DNA from: Synechococcus sp. A15-24
GTDB lineage: Bacteria > Cyanobacteriota > Cyanobacteriia > PCC-6307 > Cyanobiaceae
Length of the DNA stretch: 32,000 bases
NCBI RefSeq assembly: GCF_014280195.1
Contig: NZ_CP047960.1
Location: 1,200,001 to 1,232,000 of the forward strand
Reading direction: 5' to 3'
Shown: piece after piece, positions 15,589 through 23,751 of the stretch
How positions within the stretch are numbered: position 1 is the first letter of the stretch
How the letters are laid out: every line of letters starts with the position of its first letter
Position numbers and translations under genes: made by a program
The notes under the pieces: model-generated
Seen by the model: the letters and a program-made list of their open reading frames with translations, nothing else
Databases searched by the model: none
Told to the model about the DNA's origin: nothing

Positions 15589-16095
15589 ATGCTCATCGCT
15601 TATCTCGTCTGCCTGCTGGCCGGGGCCGTGCTGATCAGCCTGTCCCTCGACAATGAGGGAGGTTTGGACGGTGAGGCGGGCAACCTGTCCTTGCTGTTCA
15701 GCACACCGTTCTGGTCCTTCGGACTGACGGGATTCGGGCTCTGCGGTGTGCTGATGTTGCTGTTGAGTCCGCCAGGGGCCTGGATTCCCCCCAGCGCTGT
15801 GGCTCTGCCCATGGGCTTGCTGATGGGATGGGGTGCCAATCGAGTCCTGAAGACCCTGGGCCGCCGCGAGGCCGACAGCCTGGTGCGCAGCGATGACCTG
15901 ATCGGACAACAGGGCAGGGTCTCTCTGACGATTGAGGCCGGCGAGCGGGGCTTTGTGGAACTGAGCGTCCGCGGCAGCCTGATCCGTCGTCCGGCTCGCT
16001 GCCGCCAGGGACGCCTTCCCCGCGACACCAACGTTGTGGTGATCCGTGCCGATGCCAACACCCTGGAGGTGGAAGCGCTGGAAAACGCGAACTGA
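15589..16095 (+). CDS. NfeD-like membrane protein (YqiJ-like)
   Basis: N-terminal TM helices plus a C-terminal OB-like segment, 'LIGQQGRVSLTIEAGERGFVELSVRGSLIRRPARC...VVVIRADANTLEVE'. It sits immediately upstream of SPFH genes. Confidence 0.7.
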   Translation: MLIAYLVCLLAGAVLISLSLDNEGGLDGEAGNLSLLFSTPFWSFGLTGFGLCGVLMLLLSPPGAWIPPSAVALPMGLLMGWGANRVLKTLGRREADSLVRSDDLIGQQGRVSLTIEAGERGFVELSVRGSLIRRPARCRQGRLPRDTNVVVIRADANTLEVEALENAN

Positions 16096-16144
16096 AGCCC
16101 CTTCAACCAATCGGCGCTATCCAGGGGTCAGCCCTGCCGCTGCC

Positions 16145-17476
16145 ATGACGCATCCACCAGTTCTGCAGACCCAGGCCACAACACCGGCATTCCTTCCCCC
16201 CAACCGCAACCAGAGCGAGGCGGTCATCGGCGGTGTTACTGCTCTGTTAATTCTTCTGGTGGCCCTGAACCTGATCAGTCGCTGGATGATCCGGATCTGC
16301 CGGCCCAACGAAATGCTGGTGGTCACAGGAAGCCGCAGCAACCAGGGTCAGCAGGGAATGAAGGGCTACCGGGTGGTGGCCAACGGCGGCTGGACCTTTG
16401 TCAAGCCGATTCTGGAAACAGCCCGCCGCATGGATGTCACGTTGTTGCCGGTGCTGGTGGAGGTGAAGAACGCCTACTCCAAGGGGGGGACACCGCTGAA
16501 CATCCAGGCGATCGCCAATGTGAAGGTGAGCAGCGATCCCGATGTGCGTAACAACGCCATCGAGCGCTTTCTCGGCCGTGATTCGGAAGAGATCGTGCAA
16601 GTGGCCAAAGAAAACCTGGAGGGCAACCTGCGCAGCGTGCTGGCCCAGCTCACCCCGGAACAAGTGAATGAGGACCGACTGCGCTTCGCTGAACGAATCG
16701 CCGATGACGTCGGCGATGACCTGCGACGACTAGGGATGCAACTGGACACCCTCAAAATTCAGAGTGTCTTCGATGACGTGGATTACCTGAACTCGATCAG
16801 CCGCCGCCGGGTGGCCCAGATCGTCCGGGATGCGGAAATCGCAGAGGCCGAGGCGATCGGAGAAGCCGAGCGCAAGGAGGCCGAGATGGAAGAAGTGGCG
16901 GAGGTGGTCCGCACCGAAGCCGACACCGTGGTGCTGGAGAAAGACAACGCGGTGCGCACCAAGGTGGCCCAGATGGAGAAGCAGGCCCGTTCCGAGGAGG
17001 AACGCACGACGGCAGCGGAACTGGAAGCAAGAGCGAAGGCCCAGCAACAGCTGCAGAAAGTGCGCTCCGAGCTGGAGCGTCTGAGGCTGGAGGCGGAGGA
17101 GGTGCTGCCTGCCCAGGCGAGGCAACGGGCGCGGGAACTGCGCGCCCGCGGTCAGGCGGCTGCCACCGCCGAGGATGTGAAGGCCAGCGCCCTGGTCAAT
17201 GACCTGCTGACCCAGGTGTGGGAGGACGCCGGCAGCACCGCTGAGCTGGTGTTCCTGCTTCAGCAGATCGAGATGGTGCTCGACCAGGCCACGCGTCTTC
17301 CTTCACGACTGACCCTGAAACGGATCACCAGCCTCGATGGCAACGACGCCACCAGCCTCGCCAGCCTCGTGGCCCTGAACCACGTTGTGGTTCGCCAGTT
17401 CTTTGAGCAGGTGAAGGAGATCCTCGGCATCGACTTGCTCGCCACCCTGTCCACGACTCAGCAAGGAGACAACTGA
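16145..17476 (+). CDS. flotillin-like SPFH/Band-7 protein (443 aa)
   Basis: N-terminal TM segment, SPFH core 'VKNAYSKGGTPLNIQAIANVKVSSD' and an EA-rich coiled coil 'AEIAEAEAIGEAERKEAEMEE'. ATG at 16145. Confidence 0.9.
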   Translation: MTHPPVLQTQATTPAFLPPNRNQSEAVIGGVTALLILLVALNLISRWMIRICRPNEMLVVTGSRSNQGQQGMKGYRVVANGGWTFVKPILETARRMDVTLLPVLVEVKNAYSKGGTPLNIQAIANVKVSSDPDVRNNAIERFLGRDSEEIVQVAKENLEGNLRSVLAQLTPEQVNEDRLRFAERIADDVGDDLRRLGMQLDTLKIQSVFDDVDYLNSISRRRVAQIVRDAEIAEAEAIGEAERKEAEMEEVAEVVRTEADTVVLEKDNAVRTKVAQMEKQARSEEERTTAAELEARAKAQQQLQKVRSELERLRLEAEEVLPAQARQRARELRARGQAAATAEDVKASALVNDLLTQVWEDAGSTAELVFLLQQIEMVLDQATRLPSRLTLKRITSLDGNDATSLASLVALNHVVVRQFFEQVKEILGIDLLATLSTTQQGDN

Positions 17477-18687
17477 TGTTCATTGCCATCGGACTCACCG
17501 GCGCCGCCGGCATCTGGGCCTTCGTGGTGCTGCTGCGGCAGCTGTATTACATCTGTCAGCCCAGTGAGGTGCTGATCTTCGCCGGTCTGCGCCGCACCAC
17601 CGGCAGCGGCCGGAATGTCGGCTATCGAACCGTGCGCGGCGGCAGTGCCCTACGCATTCCCCTTCTGGAGGAGGTGATGCGGCTCGATTTGAGCAACATG
17701 ATCATCGACCTCAAGGTGGATAACGCCTACTCCAAGGGAGGCATTCCGCTGAACGTCTCCGGGGTTGCCAACATCAAAATCTCGAGCGATGAGCCCGGGA
17801 TCCATAACGCCATCGAACGCCTGATCGGCAAGGAGCAGGATGAGATTCGGCACATCGCCAAGGAAACCCTTGAGGGCAACCTGCGCGGTGTGATGGCCAG
17901 CCTGACGCCGGAGCAGCTCAACGAAGACAAGGTCACCTTTGCCCGCACCCTGCTGGAGGAAGCGGAGGACGACCTGCAGAAACTGGGGCTGGTGCTCGAC
18001 ACCCTGCAGATTCAGAACATCTCCGACGATGTGCGCTACCTCGATTCGATCGGCCGCAAGCAACTGGTTGAACTGAAGCGTGATTCCCGCATCGCAGAAG
18101 CGGAAGCGAAGTCACAGTCAGCGGTGAAGCAGGCGGAGAACGAACGGATCACGGCACTCAGGCGGCTCGACAAGGACCTTGCGATTGCCACGGCCGATGC
18201 AGAAAAACGGGTGAAGGACGCCCTGACGCGCCGCGAGGCCCTGGTGGCGGAGGTTCAGGCTGAGGTGGGAGCCGAACTGGCCCGTGCCGAAGCTGAGGTG
18301 CCGGTGCAACAGGAACGCATCAAGCAGGTCACGCAGCAGCTCGAAGCGGATGTGATCGCCCCGGCGGAATCGGAATGCCAGACAATGATGGCCGAGGCCA
18401 AAGGTGAAGCGGCCACGATCGTCGAGCAGGGTCGCTCCCAGGCGGAAGGTCTGCGGGATCTGGTGGAGTCGCTGAAACGGTCCGGCGATGACGCCAAACG
18501 ATTGTTCCTGCTGCAGAAACTCGAGCCGCTGCTGACGATGCTCAGCGACACCGTTCAGCCGATCGAGGTGGAGGAGGTGAACCTGATCGGTGAGCGGGAG
18601 GGGCAGATCAACCTGTCCCTGGCCACCCTGCTGAAACAACTGCAGCAGAGCACCGGCTTGCGTCTGCCTGTCAGCGAGAGCGAATGA
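17476..18687 (+). CDS. flotillin-like SPFH/Band-7 protein (403 aa), paralog of the preceding gene
   Basis: 'VDNAYSKGGIPLNVSGVANIKISSD' and 'RIAEAEAKSQSAVKQAENE'. The ATG overlaps the upstream stop by 1 nt (TGATG). Confidence 0.9.
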   Translation: MFIAIGLTGAAGIWAFVVLLRQLYYICQPSEVLIFAGLRRTTGSGRNVGYRTVRGGSALRIPLLEEVMRLDLSNMIIDLKVDNAYSKGGIPLNVSGVANIKISSDEPGIHNAIERLIGKEQDEIRHIAKETLEGNLRGVMASLTPEQLNEDKVTFARTLLEEAEDDLQKLGLVLDTLQIQNISDDVRYLDSIGRKQLVELKRDSRIAEAEAKSQSAVKQAENERITALRRLDKDLAIATADAEKRVKDALTRREALVAEVQAEVGAELARAEAEVPVQQERIKQVTQQLEADVIAPAESECQTMMAEAKGEAATIVEQGRSQAEGLRDLVESLKRSGDDAKRLFLLQKLEPLLTMLSDTVQPIEVEEVNLIGEREGQINLSLATLLKQLQQSTGLRLPVSESE

Positions 18688-18742
18688 AACGGTTCTTTCT
18701 GCTACAGCTTCGCCAGGATCAAACTTAAGTTTCTCTCTCCCC

Positions 18743-18988
18743 ATGTCGCGTGCCACCCGTCTGATCAACCGTCTGGACAAGGTGCTGGCCCGGCATGACA
18801 GCTTCGGCGACGATCCGGCGGCCTTCGTGGACAGCGTGTTCGCCGAAATCGAAGAGCAGCTGGAACCGGTGAAGGCCAAGTCGAAGCCCGAACACTGGGC
18901 TGAGATCTATGTGGAACGGGATCGCGCCCGGATCAAGGAGCAGGTGCTCAACCGCGTGATGGAGCGCGGGGCCGAAGCAGTCGATTAA
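18743..18988 (+). CDS. hypothetical acidic protein (81 aa)
   Basis: ATG ORF 55 nt after the second flotillin gene. Its stop shares the tetranucleotide TTAA with the convergent mntA stop. Confidence 0.55.
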   Translation: MSRATRLINRLDKVLARHDSFGDDPAAFVDSVFAEIEEQLEPVKAKSKPEHWAEIYVERDRARIKEQVLNRVMERGAEAVD

Positions 18989-19740
18989 AGGGAATCGTCG
19001 CTGGAGCTGTTGCCGGTCAACAGATCCGGCGGCAACCCACCGAACGTCATGGCGAGATTCTCTGGGGTGAACACCTCGGAGGTTTCGCCGTAGGCCAGAA
19101 CGGTTTTGTTGATCAACACCACGAGATCGCAGAACTCCCGCACATGACTCAGGTCATGGGTGGAGATAAGAATCGTGCGGCCGTCCTCGCGGAACTGCAT
19201 GAACAGTTCCGCCATCAACTTTTCAGTGCGAACGTCAACGCCGTTGAAGGGTTCATCCAGCAGGAGCACATCGGCACGCTGCGCGATCGCCCGAGCCAGA
19301 AAGGCGCGTTTGCGCTGTCCACCGGAGAGGGCTCCGATCGGCCTTGAGCGAAGGTCAAACAGATCCACCCGCTTCAAGGCGTCGCGCACAGCCACCCGAT
19401 CGGAACTGCGGGGAATGCGCAGCAGATTCATGGCGCCGTAGCGCCCCATCATCACCACATCCCAGACGGAGACAGGGAACTGACTATCGATCCCCTCGCT
19501 CTGGGGTACGTAGGCCACCGACTGCTGCCGCTGGGCCTCCGCGACTGGAGCACCGTTGATACGGATGCGTCCACGGGATGGACGGACAAAGCCGGTGAGA
19601 GCTTTGAACAAGGTGGACTTGCCGGCACCATTCATGCCCACCAGGCCGCAGATGCAACCAGCGGGAAGGTGCAGGCTGGCGTCATAGAGCGCCACGGTGC
19701 CGTTGTAGTCAACGCAGAGCTGATCCGCCTCGATCCGCAT
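18985..19740 (-). CDS. mntA: Mn/Zn ABC transporter ATP-binding protein
   Basis: Walker A 'GMNGAGKST', signature 'LSGGQRKR', Walker B 'VLLLDEP'. The start overlaps the mntC stop (TGATG). Confidence 0.9.
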   Translation of the reverse strand: MRIEADQLCVDYNGTVALYDASLHLPAGCICGLVGMNGAGKSTLFKALTGFVRPSRGRIRINGAPVAEAQRQQSVAYVPQSEGIDSQFPVSVWDVVMMGRYGAMNLLRIPRSSDRVAVRDALKRVDLFDLRSRPIGALSGGQRKRAFLARAIAQRADVLLLDEPFNGVDVRTEKLMAELFMQFREDGRTILISTHDLSHVREFCDLVVLINKTVLAYGETSEVFTPENLAMTFGGLPPDLLTGNSSSDDSL

Positions 19741-20675
19741 CAGCGCTGCACCTCCAGAAGTCCGGACCTGATCAGATCCATATTGTGACGCTGGAGCTCC
19801 AGCAACGAAGGGGCCGGTCCATCTGCCTCCGAGAGGGAATCAACGTAAAAGCTGCCCCCGAAGCGGGCCCCAGCGGCAGTGGCCACCTCCCGCTGCGCCT
19901 TGTCGGAGACCGTGCTTTCGCAATAAATCGTGGGAATGTCACGCTCCCGAACGGTCGCGATCAGGCGGGCCATCCGCTTCGGCGTGACCTGACTCTCCGC
20001 ATTCACTGGCCAGAGGTAGGCCTCCTCGAAGCCATAGTCCTGCGCCAGGTAGGAGAAGGCCCCTTCACAGGTCACCAACAGCCGACGCTCTGGCGGAATG
20101 GTTTGAAGGGCATCGCGCAGATCATGGTCCAGCTGCTGAAGCTCAGCCTTGTAAACGGCGGCATTGGCTGCGAACTGTTCAGCGCCAGCTGGATCGAGGT
20201 CTGAAAAAGCATCCACCAAGCGATCCACGTAGTGCATCGTCCGCTGCGGCGACATCCAGGCGTGGGGATTGGGCTTTCCGGCGTAAGCATCCTCTGTGAT
20301 CAGCAGCGGTTGCATCCCTTCGGCAAGGGTGAGGGTCGGCACGTCACCAGCGGCAGCCGTGAATCGACGGAACCAGAGCTCCAGGCCCAGACCGTTTTCA
20401 ACAATCAGATCAGCGGAACTGGCCCGTTCGATGTCACTGGGGGTGGGCTGATAGCCGTGGATTTCGGCTCCAGGCTTGACGATGGAGCGCACATGTAGGC
20501 GATCCCCAGCCACATTTCTTGCCAGATCGGCCAGCACGGTGAAGCTGGTGAGAACCGTTGGTCTGGAATCGGAGGTTTGCTGTTCTGGATCGCGACTGCT
20601 GCAGCCGGCCAATGCAACCAAGGCCAGCAGCACCAGGCTGAACGAATGTCGAACCACCCTTTTCAACGACGCCAT
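19740..20675 (-). CDS. mntC: Mn/Zn ABC transporter substrate-binding lipoprotein (TroA/MntC family)
   Basis: Lipobox 'LVALAGCSS' and cluster-9 binding-protein blocks 'EIHGYQPTPSD' and 'PHAWMSP'. There is no His-rich ZnuA loop, which favours Mn specificity. Confidence 0.85.
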   Translation of the reverse strand: MASLKRVVRHSFSLVLLALVALAGCSSRDPEQQTSDSRPTVLTSFTVLADLARNVAGDRLHVRSIVKPGAEIHGYQPTPSDIERASSADLIVENGLGLELWFRRFTAAAGDVPTLTLAEGMQPLLITEDAYAGKPNPHAWMSPQRTMHYVDRLVDAFSDLDPAGAEQFAANAAVYKAELQQLDHDLRDALQTIPPERRLLVTCEGAFSYLAQDYGFEEAYLWPVNAESQVTPKRMARLIATVRERDIPTIYCESTVSDKAQREVATAAGARFGGSFYVDSLSEADGPAPSLLELQRHNMDLIRSGLLEVQR

Positions 20676-20740
20676 AACAGCTGCGACGTCAACGCCATTG
20701 CACTGCAGGCATCATTGCCTGTGGAGAGCCGGTGAGGTCC

Positions 20741-21394
20741 ATGCGCAAGAAGGAACGAGCGCAGGTGGCGCTGGAACGGCTGAACGACCAGTATCCGGAG
20801 ACGCCGGTCCCTCTGGATCACAGCGATCCATTCACGTTGCTGATCGCGGTGCTGCTCAGCGCCCAGTGCACAGACAAAAAAGTGAACGAGGTGACCCCGG
20901 CTCTGTTTGCCGCTGGGCCTGACCCTGCGGCCATGGCACAACTTGAGGAGCAGCAGATCCTGCAGCACATCCGCCAACTGGGCCTGGCGAAGACCAAAGC
21001 CAAGAATGTCCGCCGACTCGCGCAGTTGTTGCTGGAGCGTCATGACGGCGAGGTCCCCCAGAGTTTCGAGGCGCTGGAGGCACTGCCGGGCGTTGGGCAC
21101 AAAACCGCCAGCGTGGTGATGTCCCAGGCCTTCGGCGTACCGGCCTTTCCTGTGGACACTCATATTCATCGCCTGGCCCAGCGCTGGGGACTGAGCAACG
21201 GCGACAACGTGCAGCGCACCGAGCGAGACCTCAAGGATCTGTTCCCGCGGGAGGCCTGGAATCGACTGCACCTGCAGATCATTTTCTACGGGCGGGAGTT
21301 CTGCACCGCCCGCGGCTGCGACGGTCGGATCTGTCCGATGTGCCGGGAGCTGTATCCGAACCGCCGCAAACCAGTGATCACACGCAAAGCGTGA
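20741..21394 (+). CDS. nth: endonuclease III
   Basis: HhH-GPD 'LPGVGHKTASVVM', catalytic 'VDTHIHR' and the 4Fe-4S Cys cluster 'CTARGCDGRICPMC'. Confidence 0.95.
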   Translation: MRKKERAQVALERLNDQYPETPVPLDHSDPFTLLIAVLLSAQCTDKKVNEVTPALFAAGPDPAAMAQLEEQQILQHIRQLGLAKTKAKNVRRLAQLLLERHDGEVPQSFEALEALPGVGHKTASVVMSQAFGVPAFPVDTHIHRLAQRWGLSNGDNVQRTERDLKDLFPREAWNRLHLQIIFYGREFCTARGCDGRICPMCRELYPNRRKPVITRKA

Positions 21395-21397
21395 CCG

Positions 21398-21679
21398 TCA
21401 GAGGTCGTCCTCGGCGTTGGCCTTGATGCTGCAGTCGCTGGTGGGATAGCTGACGCAGAGCAGGGCAAATCCCTGGCCGATCTGATCGTCGTCCAGGAAG
21501 CTCTGGTCGGTCTGGTCAACGGACCCACTCAGCAACTTGCCGGCGCAGGTGGAGCAGGCTCCGGCTCGGCAGGAGTAGGGCAGATCCACACCGGCTTCTT
21601 CAGCGGCGTCGAGGATGTACACGTCATCGGCGCACTCAAAGGTGGAACCACCTTCGATGCTGATCTTGTAGGAGGCCAT
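21398..21679 (-). CDS. petF: plant-type [2Fe-2S] ferredoxin
   Basis: 'MASYKISIE...[17 protein letters not shown]...LLCVSYP'. ATG at 21679. Confidence 0.95.
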   Translation of the reverse strand: MASYKISIEGGSTFECADDVYILDAAEEAGVDLPYSCRAGACSTCAGKLLSGSVDQTDQSFLDDDQIGQGFALLCVSYPTSDCSIKANAEDDL

Positions 21680-21759
21680 TCGGAGAAAACAGACTTCCCG
21701 CTTGTTAGCCGCGGCGGTCAAAACGTGCCGTGCCAATCAAGACAACGCCTGGGTCCCAC

Positions 21760-22371
21760 TCAGACGTCGTCTGAGCCAACGGATCCCAACAGAGTCAGCA
21801 CCTGGTCAAGCCCCTTGGACTGATCGCGGATCACAACACTGGCGTTCTGTTTGAGGGGTTGGATGAAATGGCGCTCCCCAGGCAGCATCTCCCGCAACAT
21901 CTGACGGATCACATAGCGGGGGGAACGATGGCGATCGCGGACGTCCCGCCGCAAACGTCGCCACAGTCGCCGGGGCACGGACTCCTCCAGATAAACCACC
22001 AAAAGGAACGGGAAATCGTTCACCAGGTGCTGAGGTCCGTAGGCACCTTCCAGAAGAATCACGTTGTAAGCAGTTGTGATCGACCGCCGCTGAACGCGGC
22101 GGGTGCGCATGTCGTACGTGCGCAAAGTCTGGGCCTGCCCCTGACGTGCCGCGGAAAGATCAACCCGCAGGGCCTGATCATCGATGGCATCTGCTGTGTC
22201 GAACCCGAACAGCGGATGGGGACTCCAATCCTGGCGGTAGTAGTCGTCGCAGGCGATCTGCAGAGGCTGACGACCACGGGCCTGCAGGGCTTGCGAAAGA
22301 GACGCCGCAAAGGTGGTTTTGCCGGCCGCGGAAGGGCCACAAATACAGAGGACAGGCCATAACGGGGTCAT
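21760..22371 (-). CDS. uridine kinase/phosphoribulokinase-family P-loop kinase
   Basis: P-loop 'ICGPSAAGKTTFA', 'IACDDYY', 'VILLEGAY' and 'RRLRRDVRDR' match the Udk block order. Confidence 0.75.
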   Translation of the reverse strand: MTPLWPVLCICGPSAAGKTTFAASLSQALQARGRQPLQIACDDYYRQDWSPHPLFGFDTADAIDDQALRVDLSAARQGQAQTLRTYDMRTRRVQRRSITTAYNVILLEGAYGPQHLVNDFPFLLVVYLEESVPRRLWRRLRRDVRDRHRSPRYVIRQMLREMLPGERHFIQPLKQNASVVIRDQSKGLDQVLTLLGSVGSDDV

Positions 22372-22528
22372 GAATCCATGCTGGCAAGGCCAGACAAGAG
22401 CACAGTCGCCAATTGGTAGCCGTTGTTACAGAAATGGCCTATGGTCAAGGCACGTTGAGCTTCATCCATGGAGCTGCAGTCAGACCCACGCCAGGCAACG
22501 GGGGCATGGGCGCTGAAGAGGTGATGTC

Positions 22529-22774
22529 ATGAACACACTTCAACTGATCAAAGCCCGCACCACCCGCACCCGGGCCATGCAACGGGCGCGCCTGCAGATG
22601 GCCAAGGCCTTCGGCAGTGCTGACCACATCGATGCCACCCACACACCGGTGGAATTTGGCCAGAAGCCACAACTGCGCTATCGCGGCGTGGCATATGACC
22701 CGATCCAACAGGATCAGGAGGCCACCGGCGGCCGCGAACTTCGCTACCGCGGCGTGAGCTACGGGGTGTATTGA
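22529..22774 (+). CDS. DUF4278-like small protein (81 aa)
   Basis: Two 'LRYRGVAY' / 'LRYRGVSY' repeats. Followed by a strong terminator. Confidence 0.8.
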   Translation: MNTLQLIKARTTRTRAMQRARLQMAKAFGSADHIDATHTPVEFGQKPQLRYRGVAYDPIQQDQEATGGRELRYRGVSYGVY

Positions 22775-22794
22775 TTCTCCAGACAACAGCAAGG

Positions 22795-22820
22795 AGCGGG
22801 GGACACTCCCCCGCTTTTTT
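22795..22820 (+). terminator. Rho-independent terminator
   Basis: AGCGGGGGA-CAC-TCCCCCGCT followed by TTTTTT, 20 nt after the DUF4278 stop. It lies between convergent genes, so it may act in both directions. Confidence 0.75.
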
Positions 22821-22824
22821 GTGA

Positions 22825-22989
22825 TCAGCCCTTGGGAACGAACGCCTGGGATGCCGCGATCAGAAGGCCAGTGACCAGCAGGGCGGGAAGGATGACCGTC
22901 GGGCCACCGGGGGCCGTCTGAGAAGCGAACAGCAGCATGGAAGGCAATGCCGAAATGTTCAGATTGCCAGATCTGGACAGTGGATGCAT
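22825..22989 (-). CDS. small membrane protein (54 aa)
   Basis: Internal ATG; hydrophobic 'ISALPSMLLFA' and 'TVILPALLVTGLLIAASQAF'. Confidence 0.4.
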   Translation of the reverse strand: MHPLSRSGNLNISALPSMLLFASQTAPGGPTVILPALLVTGLLIAASQAFVPKG

Positions 22990-23031
22990 CTGAGCAGTCA
23001 CGCATCGCCATGGACTGCCCGTCATCGAGGC

Positions 23032-23229
23032 TCAGCAGGACACGATGACGGGAAAAAGAAACAATTCACCCTGAACAGCTGCAGAGGACCGCGAAGACCT
23101 GACCTTGCAACTTGCCGAGCGAGGCGGCGCGGACGCTGGCGTGTCACTCAGCACTTTGCGGGGGCGAATCAGGGACTGCCGCATCCAGGCATCGGCACGG
23201 AAGGTGGCGTAGGGAGAGCTGCAAGCCAT
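23032..23229 (-). CDS. hypothetical protein (65 aa)
   Basis: ATG ORF with a Ser/Arg/Ala-rich composition, so weak as a coding call. Preceded by a tandem 10-nt direct repeat. Confidence 0.25.
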   Translation of the reverse strand: MACSSPYATFRADAWMRQSLIRPRKVLSDTPASAPPRSASCKVRSSRSSAAVQGELFLFPVIVSC

Positions 23230-23253
23230 GAGGACCTCACTGATACACCTGTT

Positions 23254-23277
23254 CTAGTGCGTCTGTACTAGTGCGTC
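23254..23277. promoter_or_regulatory. tandem direct repeat CTAGTGCGTC-TGTA-CTAGTGCGTC
   Basis: Perfect 10-nt repeat with a 14-nt period, 25-48 nt upstream of ORF 23032..23229. Confidence 0.4.
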
Positions 23278-23287
23278 AACTGGCTGA

Positions 23288-23467
23288 TCAGATTCCGCAA
23301 CCGCCGTCGACATTGCCGCTGTCGTCATGAAGCTGCTGCAGGCGCTTGAGGAGCTCTGCATCGCCAACGATCACCCGACGTCGTCCATCCACACCCATGT
23401 AGGTGAGCCTCCCTTCCGCATCGACCACCAGGGCCGTGAGCGGCGTCACCGAGGAGGGCTCGTCCAT
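23288..23467 (-). CDS. hypothetical protein (59 aa)
   Basis: ATG ORF 'MDEPSSVTPLTALVVDAEGRLTYMGVDGRRRVIVGDAELLKRLQQLHDD...', below the track cut-off. More protein-like than the antisense track ORF 23327..23596. Confidence 0.4.
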   Translation of the reverse strand: MDEPSSVTPLTALVVDAEGRLTYMGVDGRRRVIVGDAELLKRLQQLHDDSGNVDGGCGI

Positions 23468-23592
23468 GGATCAACGACGCAATGGAATCACCATGCCAAC
23501 ACTCTCAGCACGAACGGGGATGCAATAAGTGAAACAACCCATGCCAACAACCACTGTTCACGCTGCACTAACACCAGAACCCCCTTTTCGTC

Positions 23593-23751
23593 ATGACCTC
23601 ATGCCCGTGGCCGCGCCGACGCGCGCCCATTGATCGCATGCGGGACTGGTGGACCCCGCCCATGCGCCAATCGCCATCGACCACCGATGCAGTGGACGAC
23701 CAACAGCAGCTCTGGAGCACATTGATGCAGGGGGGCTTCTGGCTCTCCTGA
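23593..23751 (+). CDS. hypothetical protein (52 aa)
   Basis: ATG ORF 'MTSCPWPRRRAPIDRMRDWWTPPMRQ...', below the track cut-off. Weak call. Confidence 0.2.
   Translation: MTSCPWPRRRAPIDRMRDWWTPPMRQSPSTTDAVDDQQQLWSTLMQGGFWLS

Noticed and set aside
18118-18879. 253-aa minus-strand ORF, and similar ORFs at 15586-16110, 16247-16663, 16730-17125 and 17650-18063
   Set aside because: All lie antisense to the NfeD or flotillin genes, whose domain motifs are unambiguous. They are GC-rich shadow frames.
20663-21271. 202-aa minus-strand ORF
   Set aside because: It lies antisense to endonuclease III, which has the HhH and Fe-S cluster motifs.
22416-22429. NtcA-like site GTA-N8-TAC (GTAGCCGTTGTTAC) upstream of the DUF4278 gene
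   Set aside because: The bare GTA-N8-TAC pattern is expected about 8 times by chance in 32 kb. The only TAnnnT box (22440-22445) is 10 nt away instead of the usual ~22 nt.
22445-23011. 188-aa minus-strand ORF
   Set aside because: It runs through the DUF4278 gene, its terminator hairpin and the neighbouring small membrane ORF in another frame. It has no motifs.
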